A DNA stretch of 64,000 bases from Chiloscyllium plagiosum (Eukaryota). How positions within the stretch are numbered: the stretch's first letter is position 1; every line of letters starts with the position of its first letter. The position numbers and the translations under genes are program-made. The notes beneath the pieces were generated by a model, which worked only from the letters and a program-made list of their open reading frames with translations, ran no database searches and had not been told where the DNA came from. Below are positions 10,350 through 23,270 of the stretch, one piece after another. The stretch spans positions 50,324,302 through 50,388,301 of the forward strand of contig NC_057719.1 of NCBI RefSeq assembly GCF_004010195.1, given 5' to 3'.

Positions 10350-12120
10350 GTTTTTGAATTCATTCACGGTTGTGGGTGTTGCTAGGTAGGCCAGCATTCA
10401 TTACACAACCGTAGAACTTGAAACTTTGACCTGCTGCAGTCCATTTAGTTTAGCTATACTCATGATGCCATTAGGGAGGGATTTCTACGATTTTGACCTA
10501 GTGATACTGAAACAACTGTGATATAGTCTTGATGTTGCATGGCTTTGAGACATTACAGGTAGTGATGTTCCCATGCATCTGCTGCCGTTGTCCTTCTTTG
10601 TGGTAGTATTCATGGTTTAGAAAATGCTAAGAAGCAACGTTGCCTCTAATTTTAGATTTGGTTCTATGAGCCTCCAAAGTTCTTGTATAGCACCAGCTTC
10701 CAGAGTGGGAAGGCAATGCCGTGATCAGAATGCCGACGTCAATTGCTATGCGCATAACCTTGGAGCAGCTTAGAATTAGCTTAGAGCAGCTTACAAAGAA
10801 TTCTTGGTGAATTTCTGCACTGCATCTTGTAGGTGGTGCACACTGTTGCTATTGTGTGCCTGTGGTAGCGGGAATTTAGTATTTGTAGATGTGATGCAAA
10901 ATAAGCTGGCTGCTTTGATCTGAATGCATGAAGCTTCTTGACTGTTGTTGGAACTGCATTCATCCAGCAAATGGAGAGTATTCGGTCACACGCATGATTT
11001 GTGCTTTTTGACAGCCGTTGGGGATTCAGGAGGTGGGTTAGTTGCTGCAGGATTATTCGCCTCTGTCTTGCTCTGGTAGCCACAGTACTTGTCTGACTCG
11101 TCCAGTTGAGTTTTTAGTCAGTGGTAAGCCACCAGAAAGTTGATAGGGGAGGATTCAATGATGGTGAAACCATTGATTGTCAAGGGCCAATGGTTAGATA
11201 CTTTCTTGTTGAAAAAGATCATTGTCAGGCATGTGTTTTGCGCAAATGTTACTTGCCAAGATATTTCCATATCTTGTTGTATTTGGGCATTGACTGCTTC
11301 ATTGGCTGTTGAGAATGGTGCTGAACATAGTGCAGTCACTGGTGAACATCCCCACTTTTGATCTTACGATGGAGGGAAGGTTGTTGATGAAGCATTTAAA
11401 GATTAGAGGGCCAAGGGCATTACCCTGAGGAACTCTTACAGAGGGGTCTTGGAGCTGAGAACACCTCAGCCAACTTCTTTTGTGCCAAGTTGATTCTCAC
11501 CAGTGGAGAGTTTTCCCTCTGAGTCCCCATGACTCCAGTTTTGCAAGAGTGCCTTGATATTGAAGACAATTATTCTCACGTAGTCTCTAGAGTTCACCTC
11601 TTTGTTGGACCAAGGCTATAATAAGGTCATGAACAGAGTGGCTTTGGTAAAACCCCAACTGAATGGCAGCGAGCAAATTACTTCTAAGCAAGTGCTGCTT
11701 AAGAGCATCATTGATGACATTTTCTATCACTTGACTGATGATCGAGAATAGACTGATAGGGTGGTAGTTGACTTGGTTGGATTTGTCCTGCTTTTTGTTT
11801 ACAGGACATACCATGGCAATTTTTCTGGGTAGATGCCAGTGTCATTACTGTTCTGGAATGGCCTTCGTAGAGGTGTGGCAAGTTCTGGAGCACAAGTCTT
11901 CAGTACTATCCCTGGAATGTTGTCAGGGCCCGTAGACTTTGCAGTATTCGGTGCTTTGAACTGTTTCTTGATTTCATATGGAGTGGAATTAAATTGTTAT
12001 AGACTGTTCTCTGTGATGCTGGGGACCTCTAGGGAGGCAGAAATGGATCGTTCAACTGTCACTTCTGCTAGAAGGTTGTTGTGAATGCTTCAGCCTTTTG
12101 TGCTAATGTGCTGGGTCTCC
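10350..12120 (-). mobile_element. Decayed non-LTR LINE (CR1-group, second family) RT fragment
   Basis: VCPVNKKQDKSNQVNYHPISLFSIISQVIE...QLGFYQSHS (NYRPISLL / QFGF RT motifs); homologous to 41890-43510. Confidence 0.8.
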
Positions 12121-12896
12121 TGACTGAAAATGGGGACATATGTGGAATGTCCAGAATCTGCTAAGTCTTGGGCAGAACCACAGAAAACCTCTATAGATTG
12201 TTGCTTTATTGATTGAAACTGAACTTTGCTGACCTGAATAGCCTTTTGTTGTCTTTGTTTTTCTCTGAATACATGTAAGTGCAGCTCTCATTTCTATGTT
12301 GTTCCTTTAAAATAATCCATATGTAACTTTACAACTTTGTTGATGCAATCATAATTGTTAAAGCAACACTAAAGCAGTTCATACTTTTTGCTTGGTAATT
12401 TAAATTGCAGTTTCTAACTCTGACTCTACTAACAAGATTAAAATGACCATTTTAAATACAGTTTCCACAAAACTGTTTTTAAAATTCATTGTTTTTGACT
12501 GCACTATCAACTATGTATTCTCAATTGTTTAGACCTGTCGATGTAATAGGCCATCCCTCATGAATAATTATGTGACCATCTGTTCAGGATGGCGCAATGT
12601 TCAGAAGGATTTGAGGAACAGGGTGCTTTAAACACTATCGCTTCATAGTTATCATGGTTTGAAGCTTTGTTTTCAAATGTAAAGTTCAACAGGTAGATGT
12701 GAAGTAACAGAGATGGTGCATGAATGTGGACAGTTTATTGAACATGAGATAGCTGTATTTACTAATTTGACTTTTATTACCTTGTAAATAATTTAAACAA
12801 AGACTGTGAAATTTAGTTGAACATCAATCTTGTGACACAAAACCAGTGTTCTTTATTTTAAGCTAAACTTTGGCATCTATTTTTGTAAAACAACAG

Positions 12897-12973
12897 CTAT
12901 CCTATCGCAAGAAAAGATATCAGAGAGCTCGATTGGGACAAAGTTACAAAACAAGACCCAGTTGTTAAACAAG
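12897..12973 (+). CDS. ARID4A: ARID4A internal exon (RBB1NT)
   Basis: caacAG| acceptor, |GTaag donor; (F)YPIARKDIRELDWDKVTKQDPVVKQ; phase 2 to 1. Confidence 0.93.
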
Positions 12974-13817
12974 GTAAGGAAACTGGCATCCAAAGTGAAG
13001 TGAATTGCAAATATTTCCACTTGCATCTCATGCTAATAGCTGTGATCATCATACTTGAAATGTGGCACTTGAGAATCCTCGCCTTACCTCCCCTTAAACA
13101 GCAAGTCTGAATGTCAAGATGAGAGTGGCAAGGTTGAGGGCCAATTTGTGAAACATGTACTTCTGGTCTGCTAAGTTGTACAAGCAGGAGGTTAGTTTTG
13201 TTTCATAAATGGAATGCTTTGAGAATCAAAGTTTTTATTTTAGTGCAGGATTTGTTTTTATCATTTGGAAAGCTTGTTATAATGCCATTCCAATTGCATT
13301 GTCTTGTGGTTTTCGTTTGAGATGTTGGAGGGAGTGTATGGCTCGAAGAATAATCAGGTTTCGATTCACGCACTTAGATCTAAATGTAGTTTGCACAGGT
13401 GGAGTGGAAGTCACAACTCTCATAGCTGATAACTCCGAAGGTGCTAAATTAAATAAGTTGGGGCAGTCTTGGTTCGCTGCAGCAAATTCAAGTTGCATCA
13501 GTGAGCAGCTTCACTCAGAGTTTGCTAGTGAAATGTGAAAGATATATGATTTTTGATAGATGAAGACACTTCCATCTATCTTCAACCTGTTCAAAACTCA
13601 AAGCGAACATTGAGTTTCCCTCACCAGTTTTGACATTCTCCATCTTGAGAACAAAATTTCACAGCAAAGCATTCTGTTATGGCTCCTGATAATGCAATTG
13701 TATTTTGGGCAATTGTGAAGTAACTAAACAAAGCTGTCAATTTTCTCCTGTAGTATCTAATGCAGTCCTTAGAATGCATTCATTATTCTGCATCTTAACA
13801 TAATGTTAATACAAAAC

Positions 13818-14292
13818 TAAAATACTGTGGATGGTGTAAATCTGAAGTAATATCGGTAAATCGTGGAATATTCAGATCAGGCAGCATCAGAGGAAACCAA
13901 AATAGAGTTTGAGTCTTGGTCACTGGCCATGCGTCGGAACTGAAAAAGCTTGGAAATATAAGCATTTTCGCAAATAAAAAAAAGAGGGCTAGGTGAGGGC
14001 AGGAGTTGGTTGATGAGCAACATAAAGTCAGTGATTTGTCATTGTTGCGTTCACACCTTCTGTTAGACTTACCTTTTATTTCTTGTCCTTTTGGCTCTTC
14101 ACACAACTGTTTTGTCATTTAATCTCTCTTGACTTTCACCCCACCACAGACCTTCCCTTTTGTTTTATTTTTCACCTCCCTCTTGCATAAAAACCTGGTG
14201 CATTTATAACTTTGTCCAGCTTAATATAAACTCTGTTTTTGTCGGTGAGATGCTTCCTGACATGCAGAATATCTTCCCCAATTTTACACTGT
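13818..14292. mobile_element. Old PLE terminal-repeat remnant in inverted arrangement
   Basis: tcaggcagcatc on the left arm versus gatgcttcctgac on the right arm; related to 58006-58215. Confidence 0.5.
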
Positions 14293-14369
14293 ACAAAAAA
14301 TGCATAAATGCTACATAGATTCAGGTTTTTAAAATTCTTATAAAAGAAGAGCACTGATGTTCTTTCCTA

Positions 14370-15360
14370 GAGGGATCGAGTGGAAAAGTAAAGACATTTT
14401 GCTAACTTGAGGCGAGAGAGTCCAGATTAGACTATATTTAAATTGACTGTATAGTGGCAGAGATGAAGGTCAAGTTCGTTTTTATGAATGTGATAGCAGT
14501 TCTAGGAGATTATGCCAATCAGGGAACGTTGAACAGAATGATTGGAGCTCTAGTGTTGAGAAAGGAGAGTTGGCCTGTTAGAGTGCAGGATAGGCATGTT
14601 CCTGTTACAGGGATGACAAGAGTCTGGAACCTTGGATGACAGGGGAAATGATCAGCTTCATTTTTTTTGTTGACTAAAACAAAGTCCTTGAATAATATAG
14701 AGAAAAGTAGGAAGGAGCTCAAATCGGAACTGAGGAGAGCTAAAAGGATCCTTGAAATAATCTTGGCCAGGAGGTTTATGGATAATCTCCAGGCATTTTA
14801 TACATGTATTGAGACAAGAGGGTGGCTATGGAAAGAGTAGGCTCATTGAAGGATAAAGAAGGGAGATTATGTGAGGGGCCAGAGGAAATAATAAGTACTT
14901 TACATTGGTATTCACCAAAGAGAGGGACATGAGGGATGTTGAGATTAGGGAAAAGTGTGTGAATACTTCCGGAAGGTCAACATAATGAAGAAGGAACTTT
15001 GGATGTTAGATAAGTTTCTTTTTCCTGGAAACACAGAGGTTGAGTGTTGACTTGATAGACGCCTACAAAATTATGAGAGGCTTAGATAGAGTGATAGTCT
15101 GAGGCTTTTTCCCAGGGTGGAAAGGTCAATTACAAGAGGACACAGGTTTCAAGGTGAGAGGGGGCAAATTCAAGGGAGAAGTGCGGGAAATTTTTTCACA
15201 CAGAGGGTAGTGGGAGGCTCAAACGCTCTGCCAGTGGAAGTGGTGGATGCAGGCACGTTAGTGAATGGGAGGTGAACAGAGGAACAGAAACCACGTATGG
15301 GAATCGGCGCAGGCTTGCTGGGCCGAAGGGCTTTTTCTGGTGCTGTATTCTTCTTGGTCT
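14370..15360 (+). mobile_element. CR1-clade LINE fragments
   Basis: ORF2 remnants and 3' tail gggccgaagggctttttctggtgctgta. Confidence 0.7.
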
Positions 15361-15795
15361 TTAAACATATAAAGCGTTTCATAATTTCTGAAGAAAATAT
15401 TTCCACGTAGTAGGTCCATGAATAGACCATGGTCCACAAGGGACCACGAGTAGAACATTATTAAATTAATTTGGTAAATCAAATAAAATTCTTTACCCGA
15501 AGAGTTGTTAGAATGCAGAACTTATTAGGAGGTCAATCTTCTAAAATACATTTAAGGAGATGCTTGATAATCATGAGAGGAGCAGATTAGAAATTTATGC
15601 TGATGGTTAGATGAAGAGTTTTGCCAAATAACTGGTTTCAGTGCTGTACATGGCATGTAGTGCTACATAAAATAATCTTTATAAAAATGAATATACTCCT
15701 TGTTAACATTATTTTGGATTAACATACAGTATATTTAAGCTAACGACCAAAGAAAATTAGATTTATTGGTTTTCTTGGTGAATTCCAGTTAAATT

Positions 15796-17640
15796 CATAA
15801 GATATAGGAGCAGCATTAGGCCATTTGACCCACTGAGTCTGTTTCACCATTCGATCATGACTGATATGGTCCTCACCCCCATTTTTCTGCCTTCTCCCCT
15901 TAACCCTTCACCCATTACCAATTAAAAATCTCCTCCTTAAATTTACTCTCCCACCATCTACCACACTTTGGGGTAGTGAATTCCACAGATTCACAACCCT
16001 TTTGGGAGAAGTAGTTACATCTCAACACTCATTTAAATTTGCTACCCGTTATCCTAACATTATGATCTCTTGTTCTAGAATGCCCCATAAGATGAAGCAT
16101 CTGCTCTACATCTGTCTTATCCATACTTTTATTATCTTGAATATATCCATTCTTTGAAATTCCAGAGTATTGGCCTAAACTGTTCAGACTCCTCATACAA
16201 CAAACCCCTCATCTCTGTGATCAATCTAGTGAATCTCTTCTGAACTGTCTCCAGTGCCACCACATCTTTCCTCAAGGGGACCAAAACTGTGCACTATACT
16301 CCAGATGCAGGTTCATCAAAGCCTTGTATTGTTGCAATAATACTTCATTACCTTTAAATTCTATTCCTTTAGATATAAAAGGCAACATTCCATTCAATTT
16401 CTTTATTATCTGCTGTACCTGCAGGCTAGTTTTCTGTGACTCATGAACGAAGACACCCAGGTCCCTCTGTACTGTGGCACCTCGAAGTCTCTCCCCATTT
16501 AGATTATAGATCGCCTTCCCATTTTCCGAACCAAAATGCATGATCTCACACTTATCCACATTAAACTCCGTTTTGGCCCACTTTCCTAACCTATCTATAT
16601 CCATTTGTTTCCACATTGCAATTTACAGTCCTGTCTATTTTAGTTGTCCACAAATTTGGCTGTAGCGCATTCTAGTGCTGTATCCGGCACCCCACTAGTT
16701 ACTTGCATCGAAAAAAAACCCATTTATCTCTATCTTCTGTCTGTTAGCCAGTCACCTATCCAAGCTAATAAATTACCTCCAATTCCCATATCATTCAACC
16801 TTGTGAATTAATTTTTTGTGCGGCACCTTATTAAACACCTTCCAGAAGTCCAGATATACTGCATCTATAAGGTCCCCACTGTCCAGTTTGCTTGTTACAG
16901 CTTCAAAGAACTCTAGCAAAATTCTCAAACATGGTGCCCTTCATAAAATCATGGCGACTCTGATGGATAGCGTTTTGACTTTCCAAATGCCCTAATGTTG
17001 CTTCCTGGATAATTGATTTTAATATTTTCCCCAAAACATGTTAAACTAACTGATTTGTAATTTCCCACACTGCTTCCCTCCCTTTTTGAATAAGGCCATT
17101 ACGTTAGCATTTTTCCAATCCACTGAAACTGTTTCCGTGTCCAGGGAATTTTGGAATAGTGTAACCAATGGGTCCACTATTTCCACTACCACTTTCTTTA
17201 ATGTCCTAGGGTGTAGGCCATCAGGCCTGGAGGACTTGTCAGCCATCAGTCGGTGTTGATTGTTCTAAGTTCTACCCCTTCTATTGCATCTGACTTGTCT
17301 GTTCCAATAGGGTTGGTACTATTGTCCTCCACTGTGAAAACTGAGGCAAAATATTAATTTAGCATCTCTGCCATTTCAGTATTCCCCTATCAGCTCTCCA
17401 GTTCCATCTTCCAAAGGACCAACATTCACCTTAGTAACTCCTCTGAAAGAAGCTTTTGCTATCCTTTGATATTTTGTGCTAGTTTACTTTTGTAAATTAC
17501 TTTAGCTCTTTTCACTAATTTTTTAGTATCCCATTGTTTATGTTTGAAAGTTTCCTAATCTTCTATATTGCCTTTGCCATATGGTATACCTTAGGTTTTG
17601 ACTTTTTAACAGCCAAATCTTTGCATATTTCAAGAAGACT
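15796..17640 (-). mobile_element. CR1-clade LINE ORF2 fragment
   Basis: Minus ORFs DIDRLGKWAKTEFNVDKCEIMHFG...QRDLGVFV...LEYSAQFWSP and PDGLHPRTLK...WKNANVMALFKKG. Confidence 0.88.
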
Positions 17641-17789
17641 TCTTGACTTTGTAATATTGACTTGATTTTTACAAGTGTTCACTATCAAAAAGCTATGTTT
17701 CTCCCGAACTTGATAGATGTTCCACCTGATGCATGGTGCTTCCATGTTCAAAATTCTGAGATTATGGTGAATCTGAATACTGTACTCCC

Positions 17790-18480
17790 TGGTCATAAAG
17801 CACAGAAGACGCTTTTTGGTCTATTTGCCTGTGCCAATTTATCTACACTACATGTTCGGGGACTTGGCCCATAGCCTAGAATATTTGTCATTTCAAGTGT
17901 TCACCCACATACTTCAAGGGTAGCGAGGTTTACCATCTCTACTAACCTTCCAGGTAGTGCATTCTAGATTCCCACCACACTTTGGTTTTCCTTGATTTCT
18001 GTCTGAACTCCCCTCCTGTCCTCCTCAAAATTATGAATCCTTGTTATTGACCCTTCAATGAAGGGGGAAGTACAGCAGTCACCACCACCCCCCCCCCCCC
18101 CCTCCCCCCCCCACCACCACCACCACCATCCCCAAACCTTTCTTCTCCCAGGTAAACAATCTGAGTCTTTCCAGAGTCTTCATAGTAAAGTGCTTGAATC
18201 CAGGCAACACCCTGGTGAATCTCTTCTGTACCACCACAACTAGAATCTCATCCATCCATAGGTAGTGTGGCACACCAGAACTGTACACTGTATTCCAGCT
18301 GTGGAGGAGCCAAAGTTTTATACAGCTCCAACATAACCTGATAATCTGTACCATGATTGATAAAGGCAAGCATCCTGTATGCATTCTTAACCAGCCTAAT
18401 AATGTGTCCTGTTGCTTTCAGGGGTCTGTGAGAAACAACCCAAGATCCCTTATGTCTATCCATAATCTGTTCATTATCAA
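17790..18480 (-). mobile_element. CR1-clade LINE 3' fragment
   Basis: AYRMLAFI...LELYKTLAPPQLEYSVQFW; VQKRFTRVLPG. Confidence 0.8.
18080..18132. repeat. C-rich (CAC)n / poly-C tract
   Basis: caccaccaccccccccccccccctcccccccaccaccaccaccaccatcccc. Confidence 0.85.
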
Positions 18481-18908
18481 TTGAGAAGTGAAACTGAACT
18501 TGCAAGGAAGGGTTTTCATGGCATCAGTGAGGTGATACAGTTTCTGCTGACAGGCTAGGTTGGTAAGGAAAGAATAGAATACAGATTTAAGAAAATTTGG
18601 CAAAAGAACCAGAAGGGAGATGAAGATATTTTTTAATGCATCATGTTACGATGATACAAATTCACTGCCCATTACGGCAGTAGGAATAGTTTCAGCAGCC
18701 TCTTTCAAAGGGAAACTTCGCTTAAAACGTCAGAATATGCAACGCAATTGGCAAAGAGTGGCAATGGGACTAATTGGATAGCTATTTTAAAGAACTAGAA
18801 CAGACATCAAAGTCCAAATGGCTCCTTCTGTAAAGTGCTGTGATTCTATGTTTATCATTTATCAACCAAATTAACAAGACCTAACTTTCAAATGCTGCTT
18901 TCCTGTAG

Positions 18909-19063
18909 CACTTGAAGAAGCTCACCAATTCTATCAACAAAGGATTGTTCCTGAAAGCTGGAAGGTTGATATGAATGTCATCTTAGAATCCTCCAGTAGT
19001 GATGAAGAGGAGGAGGAAGAAGAGGCAGAAAATGATGAGGAAGATGAAGAAACAAAGCAAGAG
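18909..19063 (+). CDS. ARID4A: ARID4A internal exon (end of RBB1NT + acidic tract)
   Basis: ctgtAG| acceptor, |GTagg donor; (A)[51 protein letters not shown]; phase 1 to 0. Confidence 0.94.
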
Positions 19064-19244
19064 GTAGGCTATATATAATGTTTTGTCGCTTAAGCAAATT
19101 GATACTTGAAAAGTGGAGATCCGAAAGTATCATAAGAAATCAGCTGCTTTTTTTAAGAATAATATATAAATATATAGCTGTTTCATCAAAAAAGTGAAAT
19201 TTTTCATGGAATTGTTTCCACTCAGCAACCAAAGCACTTGTAAA

Positions 19245-19562
19245 GTGGGCGGCACGGTGGCACTGTGGTTAGCACTGTTGCCTCACAGCGCCAGAGACTC
19301 GGGTTCATTTCCCGCCTCAGGCGACTGACTGTGTGGAGTTTGCACATTCCCCCTGTGTCTGCGTAGGTTTCCTCCGGGTGCTCCGGTTTCCTCCCACAAT
19401 CCAAAAATATGCAGGTCAGGTGAATTGGCCATGCTAAATTGCCCATAGTGTTAGGTGAAGGGGTAAATGTAGGGGAATGGGTCTGGGTGGGTTGCGCTTC
19501 GGCGGGTCAGTGTGGACTTGTTGGGCAAAAGGGCCTGTTTCCACACTAAGTAATCTAATCTA
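19245..19562 (+). mobile_element. HE1-type V-SINE
   Basis: Near-identical to 457-776. Confidence 0.92.
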
Positions 19563-19569
19563 AAACTGA

Positions 19570-20930
19570 AACAAATTGGGAGTAATAAGTAGAGAGTTCT
19601 TGAAAAGTTAACTGGATTAAATGTTGACAAATCATCAGGATCAGATGAGTGTTAAAGTATATGGCTGTAGTGATCATGGTTGCATTGATCATTATCTTTC
19701 AACATTCTATAGATTGCAAAACGTTTCTGCAGATTGGAAAGTAGTAAATGGAACTATGCAATTTAAGTGGTAGAAGGAGAGGGAGAATATTAAACTGTAG
19801 ACTTGCTGGTTTGCTGTCGGTAGTATAGAAAATGTTAGAATGTATTATAGCGGTTGAGATAACTGAATATTTAGAAAAGAATGCTAAAATTGGGCAGTGT
19901 TGACATGGATTTATGGAAGAGCAATAAAGATTGAAAGCCTGTAGAATTTTCTTCAGAATGTTACTTGGTAGATGGTGAATAAAGGAGAGTCTGTGGAAGT
20001 AATGTATTTGGATTTTCAGAAGGCTTTTGAAAAAGCCCCACAGTAAACAAAATTAGATGGATTAGAATTAGGAGTATTATACCAGTATGGATTGACAATT
20101 GGTTACCAGCAGATAGTCTGAATAAACAAGTCGTTTTCAGAATAACAGACTATCACTGGGAGGATATCACGAAGCTCAATGCTAGGCCCACAGTTATTTG
20201 CAATCCATATAAATGATTAAAATACAGGGGCAAAGTATAATACATAAAAATTTGCTCATGACACAAAACTAGTTAGGATAGAAATTGTAATAATGTTTTG
20301 GTGGACTTCAAGTGCATTTGGATAAGCTAAGAAAATGTCCAAGAACATGGTAGATGTAATATAATGTGGATAAGTGTGAAATGACACACTTGGGTAGGAA
20401 AAAATCAATTAGAGAATCAGAACATTTCTTAAGTGGTGAGAGATTGAGAAATGTTGGTGTCCACTTGTGTGTCCTCGTTCATGAGCCAGTAAAAACTATC
20501 TTGCAGATAGAACAGTCAATAAGAAAGGCAAATAGTACAGTGACCTTCAACACAAACTTACTTAAGTGCAGAAGTAAAGATGGTGTGTTGCAATTATACA
20601 GAACCTTGGTGAACCCGCTCTGGAATAGTGTGTTCAGTTTTGGTCTCCTGAACTAAGGAAGGATATAGTTGCCACAGAGGGAGTGCAGTGCAAGTTCACA
20701 AGACTAATCTTTGGAATGGTGTGATTATTTTATGAGGATAAAGTGAAGAAATGGAACACAACTTCTGTAGAATTTCAAACAACTGAGAGGTATTTTAATT
20801 GAAATTTACAGGATTCTTGCCAAGGGGGGTTTAGATCAGCTGTTTCCCCTGGCCTGGTGAATTTAGAATTATTAGAATTCTGTCCTTCAGAGGACTTTTG
20901 AAGCTTATTATCATGTACATTCAAGACAAA
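19570..20930 (+). mobile_element. Decayed CR1-clade LINE ORF2
   Basis: YLDFQKAF-like sequence at ~20000; DKCEMTHLGRK...VLQLYRTLV. Confidence 0.8.
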
Positions 20931-22596
20931 AATCTGGAGACTAATGACACCAAGGAGCATGATTTTCCTGCACTGAGGTAGGTGATTAGCCATAGAGTAT
21001 TTTCCATCAATTGGATACTCAAAAATTTTCTCCTGTTCAAAGTTAGTTTCATCTTTACTGTTTGCTAAGCTGAAGACTGCACTGTAGGTAGAATTTATTG
21101 AAAATTTCGGTTCCAGCAGAAATGGGTGGGTGTCCACTCCACTTCCTGTAGGGTTTCCCTGGCAACATACTGGTGATTTTATCATGAGCATGCTCACAAG
21201 TCATTCAAGACTTTGCAGTATGTTGGCAGGCAGCCTGTGGATGTTTGCCATATTTTCAAACCAGCTTTCCATGACCTGAACTTAATATTGGAGTTTTTTT
21301 CTCTCCAGGCCCAAAATGCAACAGTAGAGTTAAGTAATGGCATTCATTCACCAGCTAATTGAACAAGGAAGATAGAAGCTAACTTTTTTTATTGTACAAA
21401 TATATTCTGCTCTTTTTTTGTGTGTATAGATTGTCTAACTTGCTGAGAAATAGATATTGTATGTTCTGATTACTTCTCCCATTATCATATATGTATATAA
21501 TCCAAAATTTATGAATTCTTGTCTTTTTAAACATTTAAAAAGAACCTGTGTATTTTTTGTTAAGTATATCTCGGTATCTTTGTACATACAATAAATGTTT
21601 CACTTGCAGTCAATACTTCATACCTGACAGGGTTGTACTTCTCATATTTTAAAATGTAGTCAATGCAAATTGTATCACACACCAGCAACTGTTTCAAATA
21701 AAATACTCTAAAGCAGTGAAATTAAAGCTCGGCAAGAGAAGGCTATTCACCTCCTGTTTTGTTTTCTGACCTTCCCCCGAGAGAGAGGTTTCGGATACTG
21801 ATGTGTAGTTGCCAATTTGAGGAGAAACTGCCTTGGGTAAAAATATTTAGGCTATTATTAACCTAAGATTGCACCAACTATACCTGGATGGCATATTGAG
21901 CAGATGGATCAGATCTCTGATGTGGTCTCGTTGGTCTTAAAAGGACAGGTCAAAATAATCATGATTGCAAGCTTGCAATAGAAAACTTTATTTAAGGAAG
22001 TCCCTTTATCCTAATTATCCTAATTATGAAATGTAAATATCCAACTATTTTCATAATCTATTGACAGCTATTTAGTACAATGTTTCTTTCACTAATTATT
22101 AAATAGTGCAATCTTCATTTTTTCACGATATTTTTTAATGTCATGGGAGACCTTCCAGTAAAAATTTAATTGCTGTAAATCTGTTCTTGTACCAAATAGT
22201 AACTATTGAAACAAATACAGAATAATAGAAATGTGCAACATGAGAGGCGAATTGGCACATTGTTCTCATACTGGTTGACAGGACTTTCCATTTTTAAAAT
22301 AGTGGTTGCATTTAAAAAGCAGCTTTCTGTGTGTGAACATCTATTTGATCATCAGTACAAAAGTATTTGATGTTCTGATGACCTTATCTATTTCAATTGA
22401 TAAATTAGTTATTTAATAAAATATGTTGCATTTATCAACTGCCATTTTGTTTGCCAAGTGCCTCTGTGCCAAACAACTGGGTCTGAGATAACGACTTCTC
22501 TCCAATTCTTTTTCTCCAAACGATCTCAGCACCGTCCATATCAACGTTACACCAACCCAAAACTGAAGAACCTCTGCACCTTTTTTGGATAAGGGC

Positions 22597-22760
22597 AAGA
22601 CAAGACTTAATTTGTATGAAGTCTTTCACATTCACAAGATATCTCAAAATGTTTTACAGAAAATTCACTTCTTTTGTAGTCACTGTTGTAATGCACAAAA
22701 TGCAACAGCCAATTTGAAAATGACAAGCTCCCCAAACTGCATCATCATGGCTCTTGTTTA
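22597..22760 (-). mobile_element. Ancient SINE remnant (DeuSINE/SacSINE-like 3' part)
   Basis: tgtagtcactgttgtaatg...cagccaatttg...aagctccc resembles the recalled reverse complement of that family. Confidence 0.45.
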
Positions 22761-22989
22761 AATTTTGTTTTACTAAATGGAGAAGATCATGGTGTGAGAA
22801 CTGCAGTTGAGAGTTTCATGTCTAATATATAACACAACATTTATCCTTTTTATGACTTGGTTAATAGTACTGCTATATGTGAGCAATGAGTAACAATTAG
22901 TGGATTTAACTTGAATTACTTTTTGTAATGCATGCATTTGAATTGAATCAGTTGTTTCAGTTTCCAAGTGAATCAGTTGTCCAAGGACT

Positions 22990-23270
22990 ACACCGAAGCA
23001 AGTTTTTGCTCAGATCCTCTTTAAACCACTTGCTGCTCACCTGGAACTTATACCTTCTGGTCTTAGTCACATCTGCCAAGAGGGAAAGATTCTTATGATC
23101 TACCATACGTATGTCTTGCATAATTTGATAAACATCAATCAAATCCTTCCTCCGCTTTCTCTGCCCGAGAGCAAACAAACCCAGCCTATCCAATCTCCTC
23201 ATAACTGAGACTTTCCATCCCAGACAACATTCTGGTGAATTTCTTCTGCACCATGTCCAATTCAATCATG
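22990..23270 (-). mobile_element. CR1-clade LINE 3' fragment
   Basis: RLDRLGLFALGQRKRRKDLIDVYQIM. Confidence 0.75.

Noticed and set aside
18058..18243. Poly-Pro/poly-His ORF
   Set aside because: Translation of a C-rich microsatellite within a LINE fragment
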